Translations under genes and position numbers: made by a program
The notes under the pieces: generated by a model
What the model was told of the DNA's origin: nothing
Database searches by the model: none
The model's input: the letters and a program-made list of their open reading frames with translations, nothing else
Assembly: GCA_018920315.1 (NCBI GenBank)
Contig: JAHLMP010000002.1
Coordinates: 48,075 to 112,074 of the forward strand
Direction of reading: 5' to 3'
DNA from: Candidatus Aenigmatarchaeota archaeon
GTDB lineage: Archaea; Aenigmatarchaeota; Aenigmatarchaeia; GW2011-AR5; JAHLMP01
DNA: 64,000 nucleotides
Shown: piece after piece, positions 37,238 through 46,594 of the stretch
Position numbering within the stretch: the stretch's first letter is position 1
How the letters are laid out: the number at the start of each line of letters is the position of its first letter

Positions 37238-38617
37238 ATGAAATTCGAAAATGAAGCAAAGAAGATAAAAAGCAAAAGGTTTATTAAAATAGTAAAGGCA
37301 AAGATTCCTTGGCTCTCTCATGTAATAGATGAAAATTTGGCAGGGGATTTGAATATAGAAAAAAAGGAAAAAAGTAATTTAATAAAGATAAAAATTCCTA
37401 AAGGAAGTAGATGCATATACTGTCGTGGTGCTAAACTACTTTGTGGTAAGAGTAATTGCCCTGTAATACAAAGAGCATACTCATTTTCAAAAATAGAAAA
37501 AAAGCTTAGTAATGAGATAGAGGGTTGCTCTCCACCCTCAATATTTGTTGGGAGAATTGGTTATCCAATAGTTTATGCGGGTCCTGCTGTACCTCCTGTA
37601 ATAGGAGATACAAGCATATACGATACCCCAGAGTTATGGCTTGGAAAAGATATTCATGAATTATTAAATTTTAGATTTAGTTTGATAAGAGGAAAAACAT
37701 TAGTTAATGTTAAAAGTTTTGAAACTTCCAAATTCATAGAAAAAACGCAAGAGCTTGCACTTGCAAAAAATCCTGTAGAAGCAGAGATGATTTTAAAATC
37801 AAAGCCTAGTGCAAGCTTTATAATAGATAGCGAGGTCCAGCCATTTGGTCCTGGAGGTGTTTTAAAAGATTTTAGAATAGGCGGAATAAGCTCAGAACAA
37901 AAGATAGAAAGGATGTTTTATGATGAAGATTTGAAGGCAGAGGATGCAATTATAGATCTTTATAAAAATCGTTTAGAGATTTCTAAGATTCAAAAAGCAT
38001 TTAGCATTGGAATGTTTGGATTAAAGTCTCAGCGCAGATTAGTACCAACAAGATGGAGCATCACTGCTGTAGATTCAATTATATCTAAAAATCTTATAGA
38101 AGAGATAAAACAATACCCTTGGATCAACGAATATAGAATTTATGAGTTCATCCATCTAGATAGAAAATTTGTTGTTTTTCTACTTCCAGATGCATGGAGC
38201 TACGAACTTATAGAAGCGTGGTATCCAAGAACTACTTGGAACCCAAATTCTAATTTCATAGCAATATGTAGTGATGGTGAAAGCTACTTTGGAAGAAGTG
38301 AATATCCAAGCATAGGTGGTTGCTATTTTGCAGCTCGTTTAGCTGTGGCTGAAGCATTGAAAAATGAAAAAAGACAAGGAAGGGTAATAGTAATTAGTGA
38401 AGCTTATCCTGGACATATCATGCCTGTTGGCGTATGGGAAGTAAGAGAAAGTGTTCGTGAAGCGTTAAAAAATTCTCCACAAGTTTTTAACTCTTTGGAA
38501 GAATCTTTGAGATATCTCTCTTTAATACTCAAAACAAAACTTTCTCAGCTTTTGGAAACAAGTGAGAATTTAAGATACTACATAAAGCAAGAAAAGCTAA
38601 CAAAATATTTGAAATAA
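37238..38617 (+). CDS. nreA: Nre family DNA repair protein
   Basis: CIYCRG.KLLCGK..CP, SPPSIFVGRIGYP, RRLVPTRWSITAVD, PVGVWEVRE, C-terminal PIP QEKLTKYL. Confidence 0.92.
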   Translation: MKFENEAKKIKSKRFIKIVKAKIPWLSHVIDENLAGDLNIEKKEKSNLIKIKIPKGSRCIYCRGAKLLCGKSNCPVIQRAYSFSKIEKKLSNEIEGCSPPSIFVGRIGYPIVYAGPAVPPVIGDTSIYDTPELWLGKDIHELLNFRFSLIRGKTLVNVKSFETSKFIEKTQELALAKNPVEAEMILKSKPSASFIIDSEVQPFGPGGVLKDFRIGGISSEQKIERMFYDEDLKAEDAIIDLYKNRLEISKIQKAFSIGMFGLKSQRRLVPTRWSITAVDSIISKNLIEEIKQYPWINEYRIYEFIHLDRKFVVFLLPDAWSYELIEAWYPRTTWNPNSNFIAICSDGESYFGRSEYPSIGGCYFAARLAVAEALKNEKRQGRVIVISEAYPGHIMPVGVWEVRESVREALKNSPQVFNSLEESLRYLSLILKTKLSQLLETSENLRYYIKQEKLTKYLK

Positions 38618-38665
38618 AAAATATTTGGCATAGAATTAAAAATTCTAAGATTAGTGCTCATAAAA

Positions 38666-39475
38666 TTATGATATTAAAATTCCTGCATATGTTACAAAAG
38701 AGGAATTCTTAGAAATCTCATAAGAGCTTGCATAACTTATTAACTTTCCTTCTTTTGCACCCAGCTCTTTTAAAACAAATAATAGTAAAGTAATTGGAAT
38801 AAAGCCGCAGATTGTTAAATCATTATCTATAACAAAATTGTAGAATCTTTCTGGTTGAATTTTAAGAATAAGATCAATAGCTTTCATATCCATTTCTTTT
38901 ACTTTCTCTAATTTTTCTTGAGTGCTACCTTCAAAAGGATCAAAACCATACATTGGCCCATAATGAGTAAAATCACTAGAAGCTATATAGAAAAATCTTT
39001 TATCTATTATTTCGTTTGCAAGCTTTTTTATATCTTTTAGAGAAAGCATAGAAAGGCAAATAGGTAGTATGCTAAAATCTTTGAATAGATATTGCAAAAA
39101 AGGTAATTGAACTTCTAAAGAGTGCTCATACTTATGTGCAAGCTCATCTATCTTTATCATATTGCTTTCACTTGCCTTTTCAAATTTTAGAGTTTCTACT
39201 TCTCCCAATGGAGTTAGCCATTTCTCTTGGCTTAAAGAAATTTTAGAGCCTAATCCAGTATGATTTGGACAAAATATTGCGAATATATTCTTATTTGTTT
39301 TTATTGCAGAATATGTAGCACCAGCAACCTTCCCAGAATAGATATATCCTGCATGCGGAACTATTGCAGCTATTGCATCGTATTTTTTTGCATCTTTGCT
39401 TACAAGCTTTTCGAGCATCTTTTTTAACTCTTCTTTTTCTCCTGGATAAAATCCTATTGCTGCAGGACTTCTCAT
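38666..39475 (-). CDS. MEMO1/AmmeMemoRadiSam protein B
   Basis: PHAGYIYSG, PNHTG, EHSLEVQLPFLQ, SSDFTHYG, TICG. Confidence 0.92.
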   Translation of the reverse strand: MRSPAAIGFYPGEKEELKKMLEKLVSKDAKKYDAIAAIVPHAGYIYSGKVAGATYSAIKTNKNIFAIFCPNHTGLGSKISLSQEKWLTPLGEVETLKFEKASESNMIKIDELAHKYEHSLEVQLPFLQYLFKDFSILPICLSMLSLKDIKKLANEIIDKRFFYIASSDFTHYGPMYGFDPFEGSTQEKLEKVKEMDMKAIDLILKIQPERFYNFVIDNDLTICGFIPITLLLFVLKELGAKEGKLISYASSYEISKNSSFVTYAGILIS

Positions 39476-39499
39476 AAAATTTATGAGAAATTTCAAAAA

Positions 39500-40444
39500 T
39501 TAAAACTTAGAAAATTTATGAGCTAAAAGTAATGGCTCTGGATATCCGTGAATAGAGAATTTTTTAATAACCTTTAAACTACTTTTTAGGTCTATATTGC
39601 TGCCAATCGAAACATATAGCAACTTTTCATTTAATTTAATAACCTTTCCTCTTAACTCATTTTTAATAAATATATTATTTCCTCTAATTCTTCCGAGAAG
39701 CAATTTTTTAGCTACGCCTATAGTAGCGATTCCGGTTTTTATTCCTATAATTGTCGCGATTCCCATCTTTCTTGGATGCAAAATTCCATTTCCATCTATT
39801 AATAGAACTTGCGGTAAAACTTTTACATTTTTTAAAACCTTTAAGATAATAGGACCTTCCCTATAATAAAAATATGTAGGAATGTATGGAAAATTTACCT
39901 TTGCTTTTATGATTTTCTTTTCTAAAACTTCGAGATTTTTATTCATAGAAATATAGCAAGCTTTCGCTACATTATTTTTGTATGCAACATCTATACCTGC
40001 AACTATTTCATAAGATTTTAGCTTTCTTTTCTTTATGTATTTGATAAGCTTCTTTTCTATTTCTCTTATTCTTTTCAAAGGATAAAATGTTTTAAAATCT
40101 TTGAAAATATAATCTTCTAAATTTTCTATCTTATCATTTTTTATTGGAATGCCATCTTTTTTCAATCTTCTTATCTTTTCTTCCTTTCCAAGAATATAGT
40201 TTCCCACTTCTCCATTAGAATGCACAACCTTGTAGCAAGGATACTTATTTACATATTTATTATTGCTCAAAATCTCTCCTACAGCTCTTGTTGCTATTTC
40301 ATCACCCAAAGCCAATGCCAAATCTTTGTATGTTGTAACCTTCCCTTTTGGTATTTGCCTTAGAAGATTTAAAACATATCTTCTTAAGTCAAAACCTTTT
40401 TCAAGAAATTCATAACCTTCTTTAAAATTTTCTGGAATTTTCAT
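39500..40444 (-). CDS. O6-alkylguanine alkyltransferase (MGMT)-endonuclease V fusion
   Basis: IPKGKVTTY..LA, PCYKVV; GIDVAY, PYIPTY..REGP, IDGNGILHPR, PEPL..AH. Confidence 0.9.
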   Translation of the reverse strand: MKIPENFKEGYEFLEKGFDLRRYVLNLLRQIPKGKVTTYKDLALALGDEIATRAVGEILSNNKYVNKYPCYKVVHSNGEVGNYILGKEEKIRRLKKDGIPIKNDKIENLEDYIFKDFKTFYPLKRIREIEKKLIKYIKKRKLKSYEIVAGIDVAYKNNVAKACYISMNKNLEVLEKKIIKAKVNFPYIPTYFYYREGPIILKVLKNVKVLPQVLLIDGNGILHPRKMGIATIIGIKTGIATIGVAKKLLLGRIRGNNIFIKNELRGKVIKLNEKLLYVSIGSNIDLKSSLKVIKKFSIHGYPEPLLLAHKFSKF

Positions 40445-40510
40445 TATCTTTCACTAATGATTGCCAACTTTTAGCTATTCGAGCACTAATAATTAAAATC
40501 TCCAAGCTCT

Positions 40511-41242
40511 TCAAATCTCCATAATCTTGACATCTTTAGCGTCTTTTATTTTTCTTTTTAGATTAACAATTGCAATTCTTCTAGGAATAGGATAATATTT
40601 AGAAGTAAAGATTGTAATGCATCTATTGTCATAAGCTATTAAAGGAGCAGTTGGTTGATGTGCTCTTATCAATAATTTCATTCCTAAATTTTTCATTATA
40701 CTTTCAAAATATTCTTTGCTATATTTCGGCCTTCCTGAGCAAAGCACTATATTTTTTTCTTCATTCTCGAATTCAAAGTCTCCCCATGTTATTGCTCTCC
40801 AATTATCATCTCCAACTACAATCTTTTCTATTTCAGAAATTCTATTTACTTTAGGAAGGGCTCCATGTAAAGCAATTATTTTATTTTTTGTTATAGCAAC
40901 TAAAGGAAGTTTCATAAGCAAAGATGAATAATATTTATACTCTTTATCACTTAGAGATGCCCAAAAGTTGTTTGGAAATAGCTTAATAACTCCATAACCT
41001 TCATGATTTCCCATTAAAAGAAAAATATCATTTGGGTGCTTTTCCTTCATTTCTAACAAATAATCTATATTCTCTTTTGAAAATTCACCACGATCTACAT
41101 AATCTCCAAGAAATACTATTTTAGTTTTATCATCAAGAAAATTTTCGATAACTTTTTTAGAAGCTTCTACATCTCCATGAGTATCTCCTACAAAAACTAC
41201 GCGATTGCCATCTTCTATTTTTACAATCTTGCTTTCTTTCAT
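40511..41242 (-). CDS. PPP-family Ser/Thr protein phosphatase (metallophosphoesterase)
   Basis: GDTHGD, GDYVDRG, GNHE, HG, RAHQ. Confidence 0.9.
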   Translation of the reverse strand: MKESKIVKIEDGNRVVFVGDTHGDVEASKKVIENFLDDKTKIVFLGDYVDRGEFSKENIDYLLEMKEKHPNDIFLLMGNHEGYGVIKLFPNNFWASLSDKEYKYYSSLLMKLPLVAITKNKIIALHGALPKVNRISEIEKIVVGDDNWRAITWGDFEFENEEKNIVLCSGRPKYSKEYFESIMKNLGMKLLIRAHQPTAPLIAYDNRCITIFTSKYYPIPRRIAIVNLKRKIKDAKDVKIMEI

Positions 41243-41244
41243 AA

Positions 41245-41306
41245 AGATTCGCGTTATTTTTAATAAGATTCAAGTTATTTTAATTAGAGATTCGCGCTAT
41301 TTTTAC
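41245..41306. repeat. Three imperfect 21-22 bp direct repeats (AGATTCGCGTTATTTTTAA) immediately upstream of the phosphatase start
   Basis: Copies start at 41245, 41266 and 41288. Confidence 0.8.
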
Positions 41307-41334
41307 AATACTATTTCTCCTACTATAAAATTTA

Positions 41335-42201
41335 TTATTCCATTAACCCTTGAATAAAATTATGTATGCATTCTCCTAATTTTAATGTATAACCTCCTTC
41401 TAAAACAGCAAATACAGGCATATTAAATTTAGCAATTAATCTACCTATTTCAAAGTAAGTCTTTTCATTTAACCCAAGGGAAGCTATATCACCCTTAAAC
41501 GCATCAGCTCCGAAAGAAACAGCAATTATTTCAAAATTGTTTTTTCTTGCCATTTTTTCAATTTTGTTTAATGCATTTTCCAAGGTTTTCAAATAAACTT
41601 TTTCTCCACAATCAGCTTCTAATGGATAATTGAAACAATTCTTTTCAGAAGTTAATCCAGTTCCTGGATAAATACCCTTTCGATGCAAAGAAATAAAGAT
41701 TACGTTTTCATCTCCAAAAAATATTTCTTGAGTTCCATTACCATGATGACCATCTATATCTATAATTATTGTCTTTTTATCGATAGCCCTAATAGCTATT
41801 GCAATATTATTTAGATAGCAAAATCCCAATGTTGGAGCGTTCAAAGCAATACCTTTAACTCCTACATGATGCCCCGGAGGTCGCATTAAAGAAAATCCTA
41901 ATGTCCTTGCTGCAATTATAGCTGAGCCCGCGGATAAAGAAGCATAGTAGTAAATATTTTCATGGCCAGGAGTATCTACATCTTTAACTTCATTCTTCTT
42001 TAACTCATCTATATAATCTTTAGAGTGTGCATTTAAGATCCAATGTTCATTTGCTTCAATTGGCTCTATAAATTTATATCCCAAATCTCTCAAAAATTCA
42101 TAAGATTTTTCAACTCTTAATCTACTTTCTATGTGAAAAGGATATTGATACTCCAAGCATCTTTTTGAAAATATGATTTTTCCAGAAAATATTTTTGACA
42201 T
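41335..42201 (-). CDS. Histone deacetylase-family amidohydrolase
   Basis: RPPGHH, GFCYLNN, DIDGHHGNGTQ, YPGTG, LEGGY. Confidence 0.92.
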   Translation of the reverse strand: MSKIFSGKIIFSKRCLEYQYPFHIESRLRVEKSYEFLRDLGYKFIEPIEANEHWILNAHSKDYIDELKKNEVKDVDTPGHENIYYYASLSAGSAIIAARTLGFSLMRPPGHHVGVKGIALNAPTLGFCYLNNIAIAIRAIDKKTIIIDIDGHHGNGTQEIFFGDENVIFISLHRKGIYPGTGLTSEKNCFNYPLEADCGEKVYLKTLENALNKIEKMARKNNFEIIAVSFGADAFKGDIASLGLNEKTYFEIGRLIAKFNMPVFAVLEGGYTLKLGECIHNFIQGLME

Positions 42202-42242
42202 AGATTATCGCCAAAACTATACATCTAAAAACTAGATAAATT

Positions 42243-43160
42243 TTAAATTATAGATATCCCGATAAAAACATACAATATGTAAATCAAAATCATTATCAAA
42301 CCTTCTAATCTCTCTAATTTATTATCTAAAGCAAAAATAACAAAAGAAAGATAAGAAATAATAGAGATGAAAATCAATAATATCTCTTTTGTTGTAAGTA
42401 AGAATTTTGAAAATAAAAGAGAAAACCCGAATATCAAGTTTACATTAACAAAACAAGAGCCGAATATATTACCAAGTAGTATATCGTATTCATTTCTTTT
42501 AGAGCTTGCAATACTTACGCTTAGTTCTGGAAGAGTTGTAAGAAGAGATAAAATTAAAGCTGAGAAAATTGTTTTAGAAAAGCCTATTATTTCAGATAGA
42601 TTTTTTATTGATAAAACGATTATTTCTGCAGAAGCTAGAAGGATTAAAATACTAAATAAAAGTTTTACTAAAATTTCTAATTCCTGTTTTCTATTTTTTA
42701 TGCGCTTTCTAGATTTTTTAGTTGGGGATAGGAGATTTTTAGATAGAGAAAAAAATATTATAAGGCAAAGAAAGCCAAGAGTTGCATCAAAAGTGAAAAA
42801 TAATCCATAAAGAAAAGGTATTGTAGCAAAGATTATCATCTCAAAGAATCTTATCTTATTTTTAATCTTTATTCCAAAGATTGCAGCGCTTATTCCAATA
42901 AGCAAAAGTACATTTGTAATATTAGCTCCTAATAAATTTCCAATTATTATTTCACTTTCTTTTAAGGGAATGCTAGCAATAGCAACAAAAAGCTCAGGAA
43001 GAGAAGTAAGCGTTGATATTATTATAGCGCCTATTGCAGTTTTTGAAATCCCGCTTAATTGAGAATATTTTGAGGCAAAGATTACGCAATAATCACTAGA
43101 TTTAATAAGCAATGGAGCTCCAATCAAAAACAACGTCAAATATATTAAAACATCTAGCAT
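42243..43160 (-). CDS. Na+/Ca2+ antiporter (CaCA family)
   Basis: Two alpha repeats TSLPEL...GNLLGAN and TTLPEL...GNIFGS. Confidence 0.9.
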   Translation of the reverse strand: MLDVLIYLTLFLIGAPLLIKSSDYCVIFASKYSQLSGISKTAIGAIIISTLTSLPELFVAIASIPLKESEIIIGNLLGANITNVLLLIGISAAIFGIKIKNKIRFFEMIIFATIPFLYGLFFTFDATLGFLCLIIFFSLSKNLLSPTKKSRKRIKNRKQELEILVKLLFSILILLASAEIIVLSIKNLSEIIGFSKTIFSALILSLLTTLPELSVSIASSKRNEYDILLGNIFGSCFVNVNLIFGFSLLFSKFLLTTKEILLIFISIISYLSFVIFALDNKLERLEGLIMILIYILYVFIGISII

Positions 43161-43350
43161 GTATAATTTTTAATTCTCTTGCGAATTTATATTTTTGAAG
43201 AATTAACTACTTGTAGAAAAAATTTTATAACATAGAAAATTTTACAGAATTAACCTACTTTTTAATGATTTTTAAATTCTTAGATTTAATTTAAATCTAA
43301 AATTACAAAGTAAAAACTTTAATAGAATAAACTTTAATTTAGTAGATCTT

Positions 43351-44712
43351 ATGACAGAGAAGGAAAATAACTCTATTAAAGATGAGAATATTAAAGATGA
43401 AAATAAAAAAACAAATGATAGCATTAAAAAAGAGAAAGAAAATAAAGAAGAGATGAGCAAAAAAATCAAAAGTATTACAGAGAAAGAGATAAAGATAAAT
43501 GTAGAGCCATTATATAATTTTTTAAAGAAGCGTTGGGTGGCTATAGCTCTTATTATAATTTTCTCTCTATCTTTCTATATCAGAATATTTGGATTTAATT
43601 ATAATTATCTTAGAAACATCGATTCTTATTGGCATTATAGATACATGAAAATGATTGTAGATAATAATGGAAAGTTGCCAGAATATGATATTTTAATGGA
43701 GGCGCCGGAGTACAGAAAGATAGAGACTATGCACTTTTATCATTATCTTGGTGCTTATTCTTACATGCTTTTTAAAATATTTTTCCCAGAAGTAGAGCTC
43801 TGGAGATTTTTAGTATACTTTCCAGCATTTTTAGCAAGCTTAGCAGTAATTCCTTGTTATTTTATTGGAAAATTATTGCATGACAAAAAGGCAGGAATAT
43901 TCCTATCATTCCTTTTAGTTTTTAATTCTGCAATCATTTCTAGATCTTTGGGAGGAGACCCTGACTCTGATGCAATAGTTTTACTTCTTCCACTTATTAT
44001 TCTTGCTTTTTTCTTCGAATCAATACATGAGATTAAAGAAAATAAAATTAAGAAGGGAATTTTATTTTCTATCCTTACAGGATTCTTCTTAGCAATTCTT
44101 GCCTATACATGGGTTACTTGGCATGCATTTTATTTTATAAGTGGAGTGATTGCTATAGAATTTATTTTAGAGCTCTTACACAAGAATAGAAAGATTGCAA
44201 ATGATTTTATAATTTCATATATTGCTTGCATCGCTATCTTTTTTATTTTAACAATTCCAATTATAGGCATCGATTTTATAGGAATAATATTGGGCGGCCC
44301 TTTTGAAGCTCTAAAGTTAAAAGCAGAAGAGGGAGACTTTCCTAATGTTTATGTCTCAGTAGCTGAGATGATGGAAGGAGGAAATGTAAAGAATGTGGGT
44401 AGAAATCTTGGAGTTTATCTCGCAGATGGAGATTCTGTGATAAGCAAAGGATTAGGTACTATATATACTCTTCTATACTTTTGTGCAATAATTTTCTCGA
44501 TTTCATACATTTCGATAAGCTATATAAAGAAAAGAAAGCACTTAGAAGCTTTGTTATTCCTTTTGCTTTGGGGAGGCGGTTTTTTGTTCGCAAGCATCTA
44601 TGCTATAAGATTCTCAATATTTTTAGCACTACCTTTTTCGTTTGCTCTTTCAGTATTTTTGTCAAAGATTTGGAGAATGATATTAAAAGAAGATAAAGGT
44701 CTGTTGGATTAA
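43351..44712 (+). CDS. aglB: Oligosaccharyltransferase AglB/STT3, N-terminal membrane half
   Basis: RNIDSYWHYR, SRSLGGDPDSD (DxD), VSVAEM (SVSE/TIXE), IRF; about 12 TM. Confidence 0.85.
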   Translation: MTEKENNSIKDENIKDENKKTNDSIKKEKENKEEMSKKIKSITEKEIKINVEPLYNFLKKRWVAIALIIIFSLSFYIRIFGFNYNYLRNIDSYWHYRYMKMIVDNNGKLPEYDILMEAPEYRKIETMHFYHYLGAYSYMLFKIFFPEVELWRFLVYFPAFLASLAVIPCYFIGKLLHDKKAGIFLSFLLVFNSAIISRSLGGDPDSDAIVLLLPLIILAFFFESIHEIKENKIKKGILFSILTGFFLAILAYTWVTWHAFYFISGVIAIEFILELLHKNRKIANDFIISYIACIAIFFILTIPIIGIDFIGIILGGPFEALKLKAEEGDFPNVYVSVAEMMEGGNVKNVGRNLGVYLADGDSVISKGLGTIYTLLYFCAIIFSISYISISYIKKRKHLEALLFLLLWGGGFLFASIYAIRFSIFLALPFSFALSVFLSKIWRMILKEDKGLLD

Positions 44713-44745
44713 AATAAGTGATAAATTTAGAATTAAGTGATAAAG

Positions 44746-45735
44746 ATGTCAGAAAATAAAAATTCATTAATAGAGAATAAGGAAAAAATAGCAATGTTTT
44801 TTGGTTTAGTAATAACCATATTAATTCTTTATCCTTTTCTCCAAAGAAGTTATTATATTTCTAAATATTCTGGGACTGTGCTTACAGATAACTGGTGGAA
44901 TGCGTTAAATTGGATAAGAGAAAATACCCCAGAATGCGCTGTTATAGCAACTTATTGGGATCCAGGACATTTTATTACTGGAATTGCTGAAAGGCCTGTT
45001 GTTTTTGATGGAGCATCTCAAAATAGTTTGAGAACTATTACGCTTGAAGGAAATATAAGTAGAGAAGAGATAGAGAAGATTGTTGGAATAAGCAACTTTA
45101 GAATAAGAAGATTTGAAAAAGATGGCAAGTATTATGTTAATGTAACTACAGCGAGAATTCAGGACATTGCTACCACGCTTTTAACTTCAGATGAAGAGCA
45201 AGCGATAAAGATTTTGAAAAGATATTTAATACCTAATTGCAACAATACAATGTATTACATAGCTTCAGAAGATTTGCTTTGGAAATCTCAATGGTGGACA
45301 TACTTTTCTACATGGGATCCAAAGACAAAAAAAGGAACAAAATACTTTTATATACCTGCGCAATATGCAGGAAAAAAGAGCTTAGGAAATTCAACATATT
45401 ATTTATATCCAATCTCTAGGATAGAGGTATTTGTCATTGAAGAAGGAGAAGAAGAGATGGATGCATTCTTACAAGCGCAGAACGAAAAGAAGACTATAAG
45501 AAAATTTATTTATTTTAAAGACAATTTAATAAAAGAAAAGAGCTACGAAAACTATGAAATAGATGGCACGCTCTTCTTATCTCCTGACAAAAGTATTGTG
45601 ATTTTTATGAACAAAGAGTTAGAGAATTCATTATTTACTAGAATGTTTTTATTAAATGGTGCTGGTTTAAAAAGATTTGAATTTATTAGAAACTTTGGAG
45701 GCGAGGTTAAAATATTTAAGGTAATTTTTGATTAA
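44746..45735 (+). CDS. aglB: Oligosaccharyltransferase AglB/STT3, last TM plus C-terminal catalytic domain as a separate gene
   Basis: One TM, W.NALNWIRENTP, YWDPGH (WWDYG-equivalent), DLLWK (DK motif), VKIFKV; AGTGAT SD before ATG 44746. Confidence 0.85.
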   Translation: MSENKNSLIENKEKIAMFFGLVITILILYPFLQRSYYISKYSGTVLTDNWWNALNWIRENTPECAVIATYWDPGHFITGIAERPVVFDGASQNSLRTITLEGNISREEIEKIVGISNFRIRRFEKDGKYYVNVTTARIQDIATTLLTSDEEQAIKILKRYLIPNCNNTMYYIASEDLLWKSQWWTYFSTWDPKTKKGTKYFYIPAQYAGKKSLGNSTYYLYPISRIEVFVIEEGEEEMDAFLQAQNEKKTIRKFIYFKDNLIKEKSYENYEIDGTLFLSPDKSIVIFMNKELENSLFTRMFLLNGAGLKRFEFIRNFGGEVKIFKVIFD

Positions 45736-45760
45736 CTTTTCATTTCTCAAAAGGAATGAT

Positions 45761-46543
45761 TTATTTTTCAATCATATAATTAAGCGCTTCTACTATATGG
45801 TCAACTTCTACAATATTTATACCTAATTCTTTCGATATATCTACTTCTATTGGCTTTGTTTTTACCTCGCAATATGTTATTGTTGCTATTCTTCTACAGC
45901 TTCTTTCAGTTTCATACTTAATTATTTTACTCTGTCCTTTGGGTACAAGCATCGTTTTTATCCCTTTCTCTTTTGCGGCAATACCTTTTTCCAAAATTCC
46001 TCCGACTTGGAGAATTGCTCCATCTGTATTTATAGCTCCGGTAATTGTTACATCTTTTCTTATTGTTTTATTTTCCAAAGCAGCTATAGTTGCTATCGCT
46101 AGAGCTGCTCCTGCTGAAGAGCCTTCTACTATTGTAGCATTTGCATCTATGGAATATATTAAGTCAACATTATCTAAGCTCATGTTAAAATACCTTTCGG
46201 CAACTCTCTTAGCAATTCTTATGCTATACTGAGTGTCGCTCCAAAATATTATATTTTCTATATCTACCATTATTTTCCCACTTCCAATTCTTGGCTCTAC
46301 AATAATTTTTGTTATTGCGCCATTACCTTCTCCTGTAACGCTTGGTACAAAAATTTCAGTTTTTGAAAAATTAGAAGAAGTATGAAGTATTTTATTTTCG
46401 TATATTTCATTATTAAAATTCGATACTATGTTTCTATCCTCAAAAATATAAAATGAAGTAAAATAAATTAGGGCGATGAGTATAAGGGTGGTTATAATTA
46501 GAAAAATGTAAATAGCGAGTCCATGTTTTTTCAATTTTCTCAT
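45761..46543 (-). CDS. Membrane-anchored stand-alone Lon-C (S16) protease domain
   Basis: N-terminal TM; EGSSAG catalytic Ser, TGAI..DG.I..VGGI.EK catalytic Lys. Confidence 0.85.
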   Translation of the reverse strand: MRKLKKHGLAIYIFLIITTLILIALIYFTSFYIFEDRNIVSNFNNEIYENKILHTSSNFSKTEIFVPSVTGEGNGAITKIIVEPRIGSGKIMVDIENIIFWSDTQYSIRIAKRVAERYFNMSLDNVDLIYSIDANATIVEGSSAGAALAIATIAALENKTIRKDVTITGAINTDGAILQVGGILEKGIAAKEKGIKTMLVPKGQSKIIKYETERSCRRIATITYCEVKTKPIEVDISKELGINIVEVDHIVEALNYMIEK

Positions 46544-46594
46544 AAAAATAAAATCCTTTACTTAGAGGATTTAAATTTTTTTCTATAGGAAATT

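Noticed and set aside
44710-44745. Stop-codon readthrough or recoding in aglB
   Set aside because: There are five in-frame stops of all three types in 27 nt, and other genes end normally in TAA, TAG and TGA.
44700-44757. BHB mRNA intron rejoining the two aglB halves (TCTG:CAGA helix)
   Set aside because: The flanking helices do not pair, and the implied 50-nt excision would shift the frame between two same-frame ORFs.
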